Shown piece after piece: positions 26,665 through 39,492 of a stretch of DNA of 64,000 bases. Position 1 is the stretch's first letter, and the number at the start of each line of letters is the position of its first letter. Origin of the DNA: Haplodiscus bocki (taxonomy: Eukaryota); NCBI GenBank assembly GCA_965655095.1, contig OZ296656.1, positions 7,564,001-7,628,000 on the forward strand, given 5' to 3'. Below the pieces are notes generated by a model, which had not been told where the DNA came from, made no database searches, and saw nothing but the letters and a program-made list of their open reading frames with translations. The translations under genes and the position numbers were made by a program.

Positions 26665-27691
26665 TCACTGGTTGTAAGGGGGCGTTCTTTCATCGGGCTG
26701 AGAAAGTTTGGCGTTCTCTTTGAGCGACATTGTATCTCGGATAGAATTTAAGGCCTTTCTCATTGTGTACTGTGGCTTCCAGTTTTTTAAAGCATCCACT
26801 TTTTCGGGAATGACCTAAACAACCGTCAGGTTATTTTAAAAATTTAAGTTACACTTCGACTTGACGTGATCGAATTGAAGATCAATCACAAAATTTATAG
26901 ATACAACTCAACCAAAAATTCAACTCAGTGTTTTGCAATTATAACAAATTGGTCTAATGAAACTCTAGGTTCAGAAAAAGCATAAAAAGTAGTTTTCTTT
27001 AAAGATTTAGAGGTTAGTCATTTTCATCAATATGAAAATGAACGACTTACTTTTCCTTTTTGGTCGACACATGCAATGTTGATTCGAGTGACAAATGAAA
27101 TAACGGGAGGTTGTTTGGGGTAGTCGTTTGTGCATTTAATATGAACACTGTATATCCTTGTGTCAAAAGCAGTCTGAAACAAAAAAAAGCCCGCTAGAAT
27201 TGCACTCCTTGTGTACTGTAATCTGGTTTCTATTACACATACCACTGTTATGCTACCTAATTGACGATTCGTATACGATGGATGCAGTATTTTGGAGATA
27301 CAATTCACTTGAGAGTACTTTTAGACAATTATCTCATTTTTAAATGATCTTTGCTATTTGTGAAAATCAAATACAGATTTCGAAATGTTCTTTTAGTTCT
27401 ACTGTTGTCTAGCAATTGGTGTCATAAAAACAAATTATGCAGTATTCCATTAACCATATTGAAGTTCGCCAGGTACTTAGAACTTAATGACAGCTCCTTG
27501 CCACCTCTAAAGTTTCCAATAAATGACGTAAAAATACGAACTCTAGGAGGTCCCACAATAGTGCCCATCCAATCATGCATGTCCATGTCCTCATCGTCAA
27601 CAAGACCCCACGAGATGTTCGAATCCCCCACCTTGAGAGCATCTTCCAACTCCTCCAGCAACTTGAAGTTTCTTGGGACCACATACGTCAT
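26665..27691 (-). CDS. UBE2V: Ubiquitin-conjugating enzyme E2 variant (UEV1/MMS2 family); exons 27691-27542, 27173-27051, 26814-26665 (140 aa)
   Basis: [34 protein letters not shown] / [24 protein letters not shown] / [18 protein letters not shown]; phase-0 GT-AG introns. Confidence 0.95.
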
Positions 27692-28217
27692 TATTACGTC
27701 ACTTTGTTTCAGATCACTAGTTTGCTTCTTGTGAGAGGTATCACAGCCCTGCTTCACTATCGGATGTACAAATAATAAAAGCCAAATGCCTTCAGCAGCT
27801 ATTGGCGATGTAGAGAATGAATATTTTGTGTTGAAGTTTCGCCAACTATACAGTGATGTCTCTAATTTACAAGTTGATCGAGGAATGATAAAGCTCACGG
27901 AGTTGCTCGAATTATTAACGATTCAAAACGACTCTGAAAAATCAATGGTTGATTGAAGCGTTGCGCAATGATATTTCGGTAAAAACCTGAAAACTCAAAA
28001 TTTGCAAAAAAAAAACGAAGAAACGATTACAATTATCAGGAGATCGATCGACGGGTGGGTACAAACAATGAAACTGAGATGTAATGCAAAATGAATCATA
28101 GAAGATTTCTCTAGATCAAAATTCAACACCGGCTACCGAAACTCACCCAGAGCTCCCATATTTCGGTTCCTGGTCGTTTGTGGAAATGTACTTTAGGAAC
28201 GGACGAAGATGATCAGC

Positions 28218-28743
28218 AACAAGACGCCCGGCTACACTACCGGGATATTTTTCGGCCTCCCAAGTTGTTTCGGTATTTTTGGCAATAATTACCCTAGTAT
28301 TAATTTCCGCCATATTTCAATATGGGAAAAAAATCATCCTCTGACAGGCAGCGTGTGTTTTTTTATGTTTATTTGACAATTGCACGAGATTTTGATTGAA
28401 AATGTTTGACATTAAATTATAGCAGATTTGCCGTATAATGCGAATGGTGTTGTTACATTTCTTGAAAATGTACGGATATACTTTTTCTTCAAATTTTTCG
28501 GAAAAAAACTCGATTTTTTATCAAAATCGTTGAAGTTGACAATTTTAATGTAGAGTGCGTATAAAATGACAAAATTCCCTTAAAGTGTTTCACCGTCAAA
28601 TATTTTGGGTTTTTGAAACTTGGGGGAGGAAATGTAAGAAAAATAATATGTAAAGAGAGATATGAAAGGGCAACCTTTCTAAAGAGATTTTTTCTAACAG
28701 TTGGGAGGTAGAACATATCCCGGTGCTAGCCGGGCGTCTTGTT
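28218..28743. repeat. Inverted pair of the ACAAGACGCCCGG hairpin motif (28218-28270 +; 28690-28743 -); possible non-autonomous element
   Basis: aacaagacgcccggcta..ccgggatat at 28218 and atatcccggtgctagccgggcgtcttgtt at 28715-28743. Confidence 0.7.
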
Positions 28744-29044
28744 AGCTCTCTATAGCAAATTTGCCATCTCCCAGTCTTGAAAAGTTGAAAAAGTACCATA
28801 AACAAATGCACAAATTCAGTGGATTCCGGACATAGTCGAGATCCGCTCAAATTGCATGCGTACAGCGGTCCCAGCTTTGTCTTGACTGAGTCATTCCACC
28901 TGTAATCCAAACTTTCAACAATATTGAACGCTAATTTCTGGATTAAAAGATAGGATGTGTGTACCGTCGGTTTTCGGTGCATAGCGCTGCCTGTTTCCAA
29001 TTGTTTCGTTGGTTTTCAACGAGCATTTTTTGTACGATAAGTCG

Positions 29045-29100
29045 ACAAGACACCCGGTTAACACCGGGATATTTTTCGCCTTCCAACTATCAGGAAAAAG
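29045..29100 (+). repeat. ACAAGAC-CCGG-hairpin motif, copy 4
   Basis: acaagacacccggttaacaccgggatatttttcgccttccaact. Confidence 0.75.
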
Positions 29101-31771
29101 TTTTCCATAAAGGTTACACATCTATATGCTTTGTACAGATTTTTGTAATTTTCCTCGAAATTAAATTTTCCAAAATTTCTTCCGCAAATACCCATTTCCT
29201 ACCGAAAAGAACCAATTTAAGGAAACTTCAACATCTTGTACGCTTTCCAAAGCAAATTCGCTAACTTTTTCCGATTTTGAAAAGAATAGTTCTCTAAAAA
29301 ACACCAACATGTTCAAAAAATGCTTATTACCGTGAGTTCTTAAGAAATGTAACTATTTTATTCTCATTCTACAGCAACTTTCCTACAATTTACTGATGAA
29401 AAATTTTTCAAAGTCAGAATCCCGTGCAATTGGCAAGTAAACGTAAACAGGAGACGCAACGGAGCCTCGATATTTTCCACGGAAGGCGGTTCAGAAATGG
29501 TTGACCAACAAAATACAAAATTACTAGTGACAAAAATACCTGTACTTTGGCTAGAATGTGACTTTGAAAGACAGAAGAGCCATTGCCAATTGAAATTCAG
29601 TCAAATCCAAATTATCAAGTTTCCAATCTGAGTAAAAAGTCGAGAACATTATCAACTAGTAACACCTGTCAATAAAAACATTGTTCGATGGAGCACAACA
29701 GGTAGATTTGTAGAACAAAGATTTAACATCAAAAAAAAATCAGCAATGATACAAGTTTTCGACATCTTCTTCTCAGGTCTCCGATGAAAGATACGAAACC
29801 AAAAAAACCAATGATACTAATACTTTCCAACAAGACAATTGTCGATTGAGGCCTTGATGGAAGGAAATCAAACGTTGTTTAGAAAAATGAGTTTCATAGC
29901 AAGAAGAATCATACGCGTGTGCCATTTTTGTCACCTTTAGCCAATCAGCTTACCGGCTCAATATACGTAAGCGATGTTGGTATCAATGAATGACATTCTG
30001 AAAATAAGAACTTGTCGGTTCAGAGAGAAATCCAGCCTGTAGTTATGAAGATGTGTGTCCGAATATCAAGAAAAAAAAACATGTAATGCAACTTTTGTTA
30101 GTATCGTCCAAACAAACTTCGACTGCAGGAGGCATCCGAACAATTTTTACCGAATAATTTTCAGCAAGTTGAAAACTGTTGAATGATAAAAAAAAGTCAA
30201 GAGTTTGGGAGAAAGATAGATTCAATTCTTGCGATGAATCGACACGATTAGCACCATTTAGCGATTTCGACGAACCAGGTTTCCCATGCAAAGATCGTGA
30301 GCCCAGATAGTTTGTTATTGAACGACTTGCAACAAAAAGAAAATTGTTGATCGAGACTTTGATGTACCGGTACCTTGCGAAAAGTCAGCTTGGAAAAAAA
30401 GAACAAACATCGGTATGTGCACTCTTTCTCAGATTTTTGTGTTACCAATTTTCGGTGGGAAGAACCAAATGATTTGAAATATTTTTGAGTCACCTTCAAA
30501 GTTGTTCACTGAGACCCCGATTGACAAAAGCCAGCCAGCAGTAAAGGAGGGAAGAGACTATGAAAAAAGAAAAAACTTAATAGCCAGATGTTTTGTTCAT
30601 AAGGATTAACAAACATGTTCTGGACAAAAAGATATTGAATCATTTTCTTCTTGTTAAAGTCCCAGAAAAAAAATCAAGATACTGTGGGAAGCTTTTTACC
30701 AATCCAAACTTTCGAAATGAAAATCAGCTTAATTATTGAAGATACAATTTTTCAAATTCAAGAGAATAACTTTTTGGGAAGTCGAAATCTGGCGGACGGT
30801 CAAAAGTGTGAACCTATTGCTTCGAAAGCTTCAAACGGATTGAGTTGTTCAATGTCAGTACAGAAAAGCAAATATTTCAAAGAACCATAAACTAGCCTGC
30901 CAACAAACATTAATGGATAACGAAGGAGACCTGTATTTTGGACAAAAAGTATCCGACAATGAAACTTTCTGGGTGGTAGACAGATTCAAACTCCGCGCCG
31001 ACGTGATACCGAACGGCTGTGACACCGCATGTAGGTAACATACAAGACGGTACCAAGTCTCCAAGACGAAGTCTTTCTGGTATTGAGAAAATCTCGAGAA
31101 GATTGAACATAGGCACTAAGGAGCCGATAGAGCCTACTGCAAGCAGAGAAACTGCCGCCATCAAGGACGAAATGACGCTGTCACAGGAGGTAAAAGTAGG
31201 AAAGCGAAGAAAAAGGAAGAAACTGAAATTTCTCACTTTAAAAATTCTATCATCAAAGTCCTGTTCCAAAATGACTACACTTTCTGGTTTGAACGCGGCT
31301 GCTGGTTCCTTGTATGATCGACAGAAGGAATATACAACCATGAAACCACTGCTTGGAACTGCGCTTGTAACTAGTCTGGAAATTTTCACAGTGAGGAAAG
31401 AAATCGTGAAATAAATATTGAGGGTTCAGACAATGTTTTTCAGCTTTCCTGCAACAACACGAACTGAAACTACATCAAAGGAACCCAGTTTGTAACCATA
31501 AAGCTCAATGTAAAGTCGAAAAACATAGGTTTTTACCAAATCTTGCGGAATTTTTTTCTGTTGATAGCTCTCCACAAAAAAAATCCGAGCCGCCAGTAAA
31601 TGGGATTGTTGTTTACCCAAAGCCTAATTGTTGTGATAAACTTATTAAATAGATTTTTCCCTTCCTTTTTCACCGCATTGTTTGTTTATAGATAAATTGC
31701 GCGCTAGGGCCTGGACTTATTCTTCTATCCCAAGTCCCGTCGCTCTAGCCGTAGACGGGTGAAGTCTGCTT

Positions 31772-32424
31772 ATGGTGTTTAGATTGATTGGTGCCAGCTC
31801 TTTGAGAAACTGAAAGACAGCTTTTCGATCAGAGACTCTTTTCAGTCGCATCGACGCCGAGGGAGGCCTTTCCTTCAACCATCGAAGCAAGTGCAAACTT
31901 TCCCAAGTGGACTGGTTATTTGGCACGACGCTGTCAATAATACAATCAACAGCCACGAAAAAAACGACTTCCAACCGTGTCCCATTGTAGAGTTTATCCA
32001 AACCTTAGTATCGCTGAGATCACGCATCACAGCAATAGTTTACATACAACGAAACGACACTGATAAGGTGTTGACAGCACTCAAAGAAACCGGCATTGAC
32101 ATCATCGACATCGAATCGAAGGTTGACTTGACGGACAAAGATATCGATTCTGACCTTCAAAAAGTCCATCCAAAAGTTACAACGGAAATGAAGGTATTGC
32201 AAGCCGTTACAGGCCATATTAAAGAAGTGCTATCATCCAACATCACAGTTGCCCAACAGGTGAAGAAGAAAAAAAACAACCGGCCAAAACCGCGACAGCG
32301 ACAACGTTTCCAGAAAAGAAACGCAGGTAGTCCTCTAATTCGAGCATTCGAGCTCTCTGATCTCCTCAGTGCCTCGAGAGAAGGATCTCTGTTGGCGCGA
32401 GCTTGCTCAGTGCCTCGGGTCTGA
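31772..32424 (+). pseudogene. SGNH/GDSL esterase-like ORF upstream of LINE ORF1
   Basis: ATG at 31772 reads MVFRLIGASSLRN*..GGLSFN; after a frameshift, VIWHDAVNN..AIVYIQR..DLQKVHP and a K/R-rich tail. Motif order resembles SGNH blocks I, II, III and V. Confidence 0.5.
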
Positions 32425-32481
32425 TCTCTGTTGGCGCGAGCTTGCTCAGTGCCTCGGGTTCCTGATCTCTGTTGGTGCGAG
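32384..32481 (+). repeat. ~40-bp tandem repeat (about 2.4 copies) upstream of ORF1
   Basis: GATCTCTGTTGGCGCGAGCTTGCTCAGTGCCTCGGGT twice, plus a partial third copy. Confidence 0.95.
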
Positions 32482-32516
32482 AAGAATCTCCTAGCAATGC
32501 TGACCTCCGCCATAAT

Positions 32517-33553
32517 ATGCCGAACATCAAGAGTCATAACCACAATACGAGATTGACTTCGACCAAGTACCCTTGTGGTGCATGCGCAGGTGAATGTAAA
32601 GACGGCTCGGTAGCATGTATTCTGTGCAATTCATGGTACCACGCAGGTAACTGCTCAGGATTACCATCAAGCATCTTGATGGCCATGTCAAAAACCTCTG
32701 GACTGGTGTGGCTGTGCGAATCTTGCGAAACGAAGGGTATGGAACGGTTGTTGAAAGACCAGAAGCAAATTGACGCTAAGGCGCAGGAAACGATTGTTGC
32801 AAAGGTCATGGAAGACAAACTCGATGAGATTAGAGACACCAACACGAAGCTGGTTGAAGATAAACTGTCACTTTTCCCACAAAACCTTGAAGCTAAACTT
32901 GAAAACTTACTTTCAGAAGACCGAAAAAGCGCACAGAGCTGGTCCGAAGTTACCCAACGGAATGTTCCCTTGGTGAAAGGTTTGGGAACCATCATGAAAG
33001 AGACGATTGAGAACGAAAGACTGGAACAAGCAGATCAAGAAAAACGGAAAAAAACGTCATCCTTCATCGAGTACCTGAGAGTGACAAATCGGAGGCCAGT
33101 GCGAGAGCTGGAGATGACATCAAGTTTTTCAAACAGCTCACCGAAGACGTACTAGGTATTGGTGACCTCAAACCAACAAAAGCAATCAGACTTGGAGCAA
33201 AGAAAACATCAAAGGACAGCGACGGTACTACTGCAGAACGAGTGAGTTCAAGACCACTGAAGATTGTATTGCCTTCCAAGGAGGATCGGGACTTACTTTT
33301 TAGAAGTTTGAGAAAGTTGAGAGCAGCAGACAAATCATTCGCTTCAATCAGCTTTTCATACGACCTCTCGAAAGATCTGAGGAAGCAGATCAAGTGGAAA
33401 ATTGAAGAGGCCAAAAACAAAGAAGGAGAGAATGCAAAAAACTGCATGTACAGAATGAGAGGACCTCCGAACAGACTAGAGGTACAGAAACTGAAGCGGA
33501 AAGTGAAACTGTCAGCGGAGAGCCTAGACGATGCCTTCGTCGACAATCCTTGA
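32517..33553 (+). pseudogene. LINE ORF1p with N-terminal PHD finger (frameshift in A-run ~33050)
   Basis: CGAC..CILCNSWYHAGNC..WLCESC (C4HC3), coiled-coil-like region, then NVILHRVPES, RLG, RPLKIVL, ISFSYDLS. Confidence 0.85.
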
Positions 33554-36410
33554 AGTTTCTTTTTTCCAATACTGATGCGATGACAAACAAAAAGTAGGAA
33601 ATCAGTGCAATGCTAGTAAGTGAGAAGCCGGATGTTTTCGGCCTGATGGGAATAAAACCAAAAAAGCATGGCTCTGTGTTGGAGGAAGCAGATATCGCTT
33701 TTGAAGGATATGACGCATTCTACAGCAAACAAATTAACAACAAGGAACACCGAGGTAAAATAGTATACGTTAGGCAGGATATTGGGCTTCAGTCTAGTCG
33801 AGTTGAGATCAACCGATGCCCAGAAGACACTATTCTTGTTCAAATTTGTAACGGCAAAAAAGAAAAAATCTTGTTCGGGTGCGTCTATCGTCACTGGAAT
33901 TCAGATACCCAAGAGCAACAGGCCTTAATGAACACTCTTAGATCTGTATCACACATGAAATTCACGCACAAAGTTATCGTAGGAGATTTCAACTTCCCGA
34001 AAATTGATTGGTCCTTGAACTGGACACCGCTTAGTGAGAACAATAACGAGCACTCTTTCACTGAATTGGTAAGGGACTGCTTCTGGCACCAACACGTCCA
34101 ATTTGCAACAAGAGGCAGAGGATCTGATGACCCTAGCATTCTTGATCTTGTCTTCACGGATGCAGATACAGAGATCGACGACATGCAGTTCCAAGCTCCT
34201 TTTGGAAAGAGTGACCATTCGGTGATTTCTTTCGAACTCTCCCAGGTGGAAAGAACACGCTGCAAAAAAGGAACAAGATGGAAGTATGCTAAGGGAGACT
34301 ACGAAAGCATGCGCGAGGTACTGTCAAACAACCACTGGGTTGATGTACTCTCTACTGCCCCAAGTGTCAACGAAGCATGGAATCTTGTAAAAGAAAGAAT
34401 CATCGCAGCAGTGGAAAAGTTTGTGCCAGAAGCCATTTCCGGATCCACAAAACAGTTTTCGGTTCCCTTGGATAAAGACCTCTTACAACAAATCCGAAAA
34501 AAGAACAGCCTCTGGAGAAAATACCTCAGAGTCAAAACAAAAACAGCTTACAAAGAGTTCTGCAGAGCGAGAAATTACATCCGGAGTCGAACAAGGTCCA
34601 AAGCTAGAGAAATTGAAGACGAAATTGCCCGGGAAGCAAAAAGAAACCCGAAAAGATTTTGGACCTTTGTGAACTCAAAAGTTAAAGCCAGAACTGGCAT
34701 GAGTGACCTCGTCTTGGAAGACGGAGAGGTAGTATCCTCAGACACCAGAAAGGCTGAAGTCTTGAATACCTACTTCAGCAGTGTTTTTGTAGAAGAGAAA
34801 ACCCCTCCCCGGAAATTGACGAATTTCTTGTCGACTCATACATTGAGGAGCCCCTCATAACTGAATCAGCCATCAGAAAGAAGTTGGCAGAATTAAACAG
34901 GACAAAGTCACCGGGCTTTGACGAAATCCATCCTCATGTGCTTGCCGAACCGTCAGAAGTTTTGACTGAACCACTGCAGATCATTTTTTCAAGCACCATT
35001 GCTGAAAGCGAGCTACCCGAGGACTGGAAGGAGGCGAGGTTGACAGCACTCTTCAAGAAAGGTGACAAAAAGAAGGTGGAGAACTATCGACCGGTCAGCC
35101 TAACATGCATCGCATGTAAAGTACTAGAAAGCATTATCAGAGATGATATCATTTCCCACATGACGTCGAACAACTTGATTTCAGAGAGACAATATGGCTT
35201 TGTGAAAGGAAGATCGACGAGTCTACAATTGCTGAAAGTCTTAGAAGAGTAGACACAGATTCTTGATAGAGGAGGAGGCATTGACTGGGTTTATTGTGAC
35301 TTCCAGAAAGCCTTTGATAAGGTTCCATATAGGAGACTGATGGCAAAGATCTGGTCATACGGAATTCGAAGAAAGTTATACCGATGGATAGAAACTTTCC
35401 TAACAAACAGGAAGCAACATGTGGCTGTCAACGGTCAAAAATCGTCCAAAAATCTAGTCTTGCGTGGAGTCCCGCAAGGAAGCGTTCTAGGGCCACTTCT
35501 TTTTGTGATCTTCATAAACGACCTACCTGCAGCTGTTGAGAATGAAGCATGCATGTTCGCAGATGATACAAAGATCTACCAAGAGGTGAACTGTAAGGAA
35601 AATGGTGAATCGCTTCAAAATGACCTTTACAGGCTTGAAGATTGGAGCAAAAAATGGCTACTGCCGTTTCATCCAAAAAAGGCAAAGTTCTTAAAGTTTG
35701 GAAGAGCCAAGAAGCTTAAACGAGAGTACTACGCCGAGCGAGGGAAACTACTACCGATCTCAAGCGATAATACTGAGACGGACTTAGGAGTGACATTTGA
35801 CTCAGACCTGAAATTCGAAAAACATATTGTGAATTAAGTCAATAAAACCAATCGATTGGTTGGCCTCATCAAACGGACCTTTCAATTGGATATTTTGAAG
35901 TTCAGGTTCCTCTTCCGAGGCATTGTTAGACCGCACCTAGAGTACGCCACTTCTCTATGGAACCCCACGTCAGTCAAACTCCAAAACCTCATCGAGAATG
36001 TGCAAAGAAGGGCTTAAAAACCTGTACATGAGTTAAAAGACCTATCTTACGAAGAGAGACTGAAAAAAGTTGACATTCCAACCTTAGCACATAGACGCTT
36101 GAGAGGAGATATGATTGAAGTCTTCAAAATGCTTACCAACAACTCTGGGTACAATCAATCTGTGACGACAAGTCTGCTGACCAGTGAGGGGCACAATAGG
36201 ACCAGAGGCCACGCATTGAAACTGAAAATGAATAAAAGTCGAACTAGCCTGAGGAAGCATTTCTTCACACAGAGGGTGGTGAAAGAGTGGAACAACCTCC
36301 CTAGAGAGGTTATCGAATCCGTTAACACCACTACATTCAAATCAAGGCTGGACAAGTGCTGGGAGAAAAGAAAATTCATGTTGAGACCAACTAAGATGAC
36401 GTTGCAGTGA
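33545..36410 (+). pseudogene. LINE ORF2p: AP endonuclease and reverse transcriptase
   Basis: APE: GCVYR, VGDFNFPKIDW, LDLVFT, SDH. RT: KSPGFDEIHP, NYRPVSLT, QYGF, DFQKAFDKVP, GVPQGSVLGPLLF, FADD. Several stops and frameshifts. Confidence 0.95.
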
Positions 36411-37170
36411 GGTCCAATAACACTTGCAGTGAAAGAAGTCAGTAGCATTGGGAGCTATGAATAGAGGACTACCTGCTCACAGTACTGAACAGTTGAACAG
36501 AAGAAGAACAGATGGGATGGTGACATACACTCAAATAGCGTCAGAATTCACTAGTTCGCAAATATAGAAGCTATTGGGTAGGTTGACGTCTTTTGAGCGC
36601 GCCTATTGTCAAGATTTTGTAAAACCAACACCGACAACTAAAATTTCCGACTAAATATTTCTGTAGCATGATGTACTAACAAACCCAGTAATGCAAAATT
36701 GCACTGCAGAGCACTGTAGGGATCTCAATTAGTAGTTTTCAAAAGAACTGACGCCAATCGTGAGTCTGAGAGGCTGATGAACTGACAAAAGCTGACAATG
36801 ATAGTTTTTCCCCTTTTCTAGCAAAAAATTCCCGGAAATAATATGACAAAAATTTCACAGCACGAAAAAAATCACAGCACGTCGCTCAATCGAATGGTCT
36901 TCCATTAATTTGTGCAAAACCACTTTCAATTTCGAGTTTAATGTAAGGACAGGACTCGAGAATACAGCTTTTGCCCCCTGAAAAAAATCTGAAATTTGAA
37001 TTCTTTTTCCGGTGATACCTCACCGATAATAATTTCTGGGGCCGGAAATTTTGTATATGATAGATGGTAAACCTGTTGTGTTGGTTTTCCAAAAATAACA
37101 GAGAAATTCGGGCAATAATTTCAAGGAGACTTAGATTTAAGGAGATGTGCAGTGTGATGTCAAGGACAAG

Positions 37171-37213
37171 AGTAGTATATGCTGGGGGGTCCCCACAGTT
37201 TCATGGCTCCCTA
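37171..37213 (+). repeat. Left TIR of element A
   Basis: AGTAGTATATGCTGGGGGGTCCCCACAGTTTCATGGCTCCCTA; reverse complement of 53139-53183 with 3 substitutions and a 2-nt indel. Confidence 0.95.
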
Positions 37214-37916
37214 TATGACGTCATCAAATTCAAACATATTGAACTTAAATGACTTACATTATTGATCAAACTATGTTGTAAGAATGCCGTTCCATTCTCT
37301 TTAGCATTAATTGAGTAAGTGTGCACAAAGAATGTAATAAACAGTGGTATTGCTTATTCGTATTACTGCATTTATGATCAATTCGTTTCAGCTGAAATCA
37401 ATGCTGCTTGTAGCCTAGCGTTTACACTAAGATGGATTTCATGTAAGTCGCGACTTCTGGGACAAATGGAACAACCCGTTGGCGCTGGCGCGTTTGTGAA
37501 ATAATTATATGACGGGTTTTGGATTGGAAAATTCTTTTTCCTCGTGTCAATTTTGTTTGCTTGACCAAATAACCGAAGTTTTGTCAGAAGTTGGGTTCAT
37601 AAAAGTTGAATGAGCTTGAGGTGGGATCGAATCAAACTAGATTTCTACTGAAATTATCTCGCTATGCGTTTCACAAAATTGATTTTTTTTGCGGTCTATT
37701 TTATTTCAATTTTATCCTAAGGCACAGTGCTCTCTCAATTCATTGGCAAGAATGCTCAGCTAATTTTTGGAAACTTCCAGCTCAACTCTTCTACAAAGAT
37801 TATTTTCAAACTTGAATTATAATTTTACAAATTTAATGCTAATTGAATCTCTGCAAAATGGGTTCGATATACGTTTGAAATACTTAGATTAAACCTACAG
37901 AGTAACATTTACAAAT

Positions 37917-38520
37917 TTACCATTGCTCTTTTGTAATTCCTATTTCAGGCGGAATATTTTTTATATGCCCACTCAGGTTAAACAACGAAATGTACTCATC
38001 ACTTTCGATCAAAACTTCTTCGGCGTTGGTTGTTGTAGCTGTATTTGTAGCGGCTGAAGAAGACTGAGTTTTTCCAGTTTTATCCGTTTGCTTTGTAGCC
38101 TTTTCCGTAATTTTCTTAGGCGGCGTATTCTTCGCTGCTGTCTTAGTGTTTTTGAGGCGGTCTAAACACCACAATTGGGTTGTTTTCTTCTTCGTCGCTT
38201 TCTACCACTGATGCAAATGTGTTGGCTCCCTCACTGATGTCAATACTTGCTGCCACTTGCTCCAAATAATCGTTACTTTCGAGGATTACTCGCATCGTTT
38301 CACAAATATGAAGCGTGATGACTCGGCCAATTCGAGTGAACTGCGACCACGCCACTTAATACTTGAGTAACTTCAAGTTATATATACAGCTTTCTTGGTG
38401 TGGCAGTTGGAATTCAACAGATCGACAGATGCTCGAAAAGCACTTTTGAGACCTAAACAATGAACCCTCACTCAATTGAGCTATTGTTTTCAAATTCTGC
38501 CAAACTGCCATGCAATATAA
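37917..38520 (-). pseudogene. Element A accessory ORF of unknown function (acidic, then K/T/A-rich C-terminus)
   Basis: Overlapping ORFs 38143-38355 and 37917-38174 appear joined by a frameshift; no recognised domain. Confidence 0.45.
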
Positions 38521-38599
38521 TTCAGCGAGTGACATACTAGTTTTCTAATTATTTTATGATTTATCAAAACCTTTGGTTTGATACGTGAAACTTCATCTT

Positions 38600-39240
38600 A
38601 CGAGTTCCCGGGTAGATTGTTGTCCTGAAACTTGAGTATTTGCGCAGACCCACATCATCGTCGGCCAGACATGAAATCTTCATGTTTTCCGGACTTTCGG
38701 AGTTGCCCAGCATCGAAAAAAAAGAAGTTTGTCCACTTGAGCCTCAGAAGATTAGTGAAGGAGGATTGAGGGAAATTGCTTTCCGTTCCAATCACACCAC
38801 CCGCTTCACCAAACTCCTCAACTCTCTTTTTCAGCAATTTGATGTTATATTCAACGTTTCCAGGGCTGCTAGTGCGAATTGTTACTTCGCGGGAAATTTG
38901 AATCTTGAGGGATAGAAAGTTCTGCATTATGTTTTTGTAGGCTTTCTGCGATATAATTGAGATGAATAACTTTTGTCGTGATGGAATTTCTTATTTTACT
39001 TTCGAATTGACCAGTGAACTTCTATTTTCACCGCTTTCTATTTTTATGGCCAGATAGCTTAAGTCTTGCCAAAAATCTAGAGTTAGTGTTCTCCCTAAAT
39101 GGTTTACCGGACGTGGGGGTCTTGTCAGTTCCGTCAACTGTTTGTTGGATCCATCTGACATTATGTGATGGATCGTGTGAACCTTTCGAACTCGTTCTAC
39201 AATAGCTGTGACAGAATGTTGATGGAATTAGACACCGTCT
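38600..39240 (-). pseudogene. Element A accessory ORF of unknown function
   Basis: ORF 38655-38927 and adjacent coding-like sequence, divergent from pPolB. Confidence 0.3.
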
Positions 39241-39492
39241 AGAGGATCATTTTTGTTCGCTTGTTGTACCTAATTTACTCTTCAAAACACAATTAACCGA
39301 TTTTTTCTTGAACTTAGAAAATTTCCAGTGTGATGATGGGTGAAATAAGAAAAAGAAATCGCGAGAAATTTTCTGAGGGTACGGTTGGGTTCCACTATCA
39401 ATTGGTCTAACTTAGGAAAACTTGCAACTAGTTTTGATTTCACGCAGCATCGTTTTGATTGACTGACTTTTTTGGTGTTAACCAACTGTTAC

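Larger units (their letters stand above)
31610..36511 (+). mobile_element. CR1-like non-LTR retrotransposon (LINE), near full length, inactivated
   Basis: PHD ORF1, APE-RT ORF2 with CR1-type C-terminus (TRGHALKL..RKHFFTQRVVKEWNNLP), 3' GAACAG repeats. 5' boundary is tentative, based on candidate TSD ATGGGATTGT (31600-31609) / ATGGGATGGT (36512-36521). Confidence 0.9.

Noticed and set aside
30600-31420. Possible decayed retrotransposon gag or other coding remnant (ORFs 31019-31414, 30910-31389)
   Set aside because: No diagnostic motif recognisable with confidence.
32384-32481. CRISPR-like repeat
   Set aside because: Head-to-tail tandem copies without unique spacers, inside a eukaryotic LINE.
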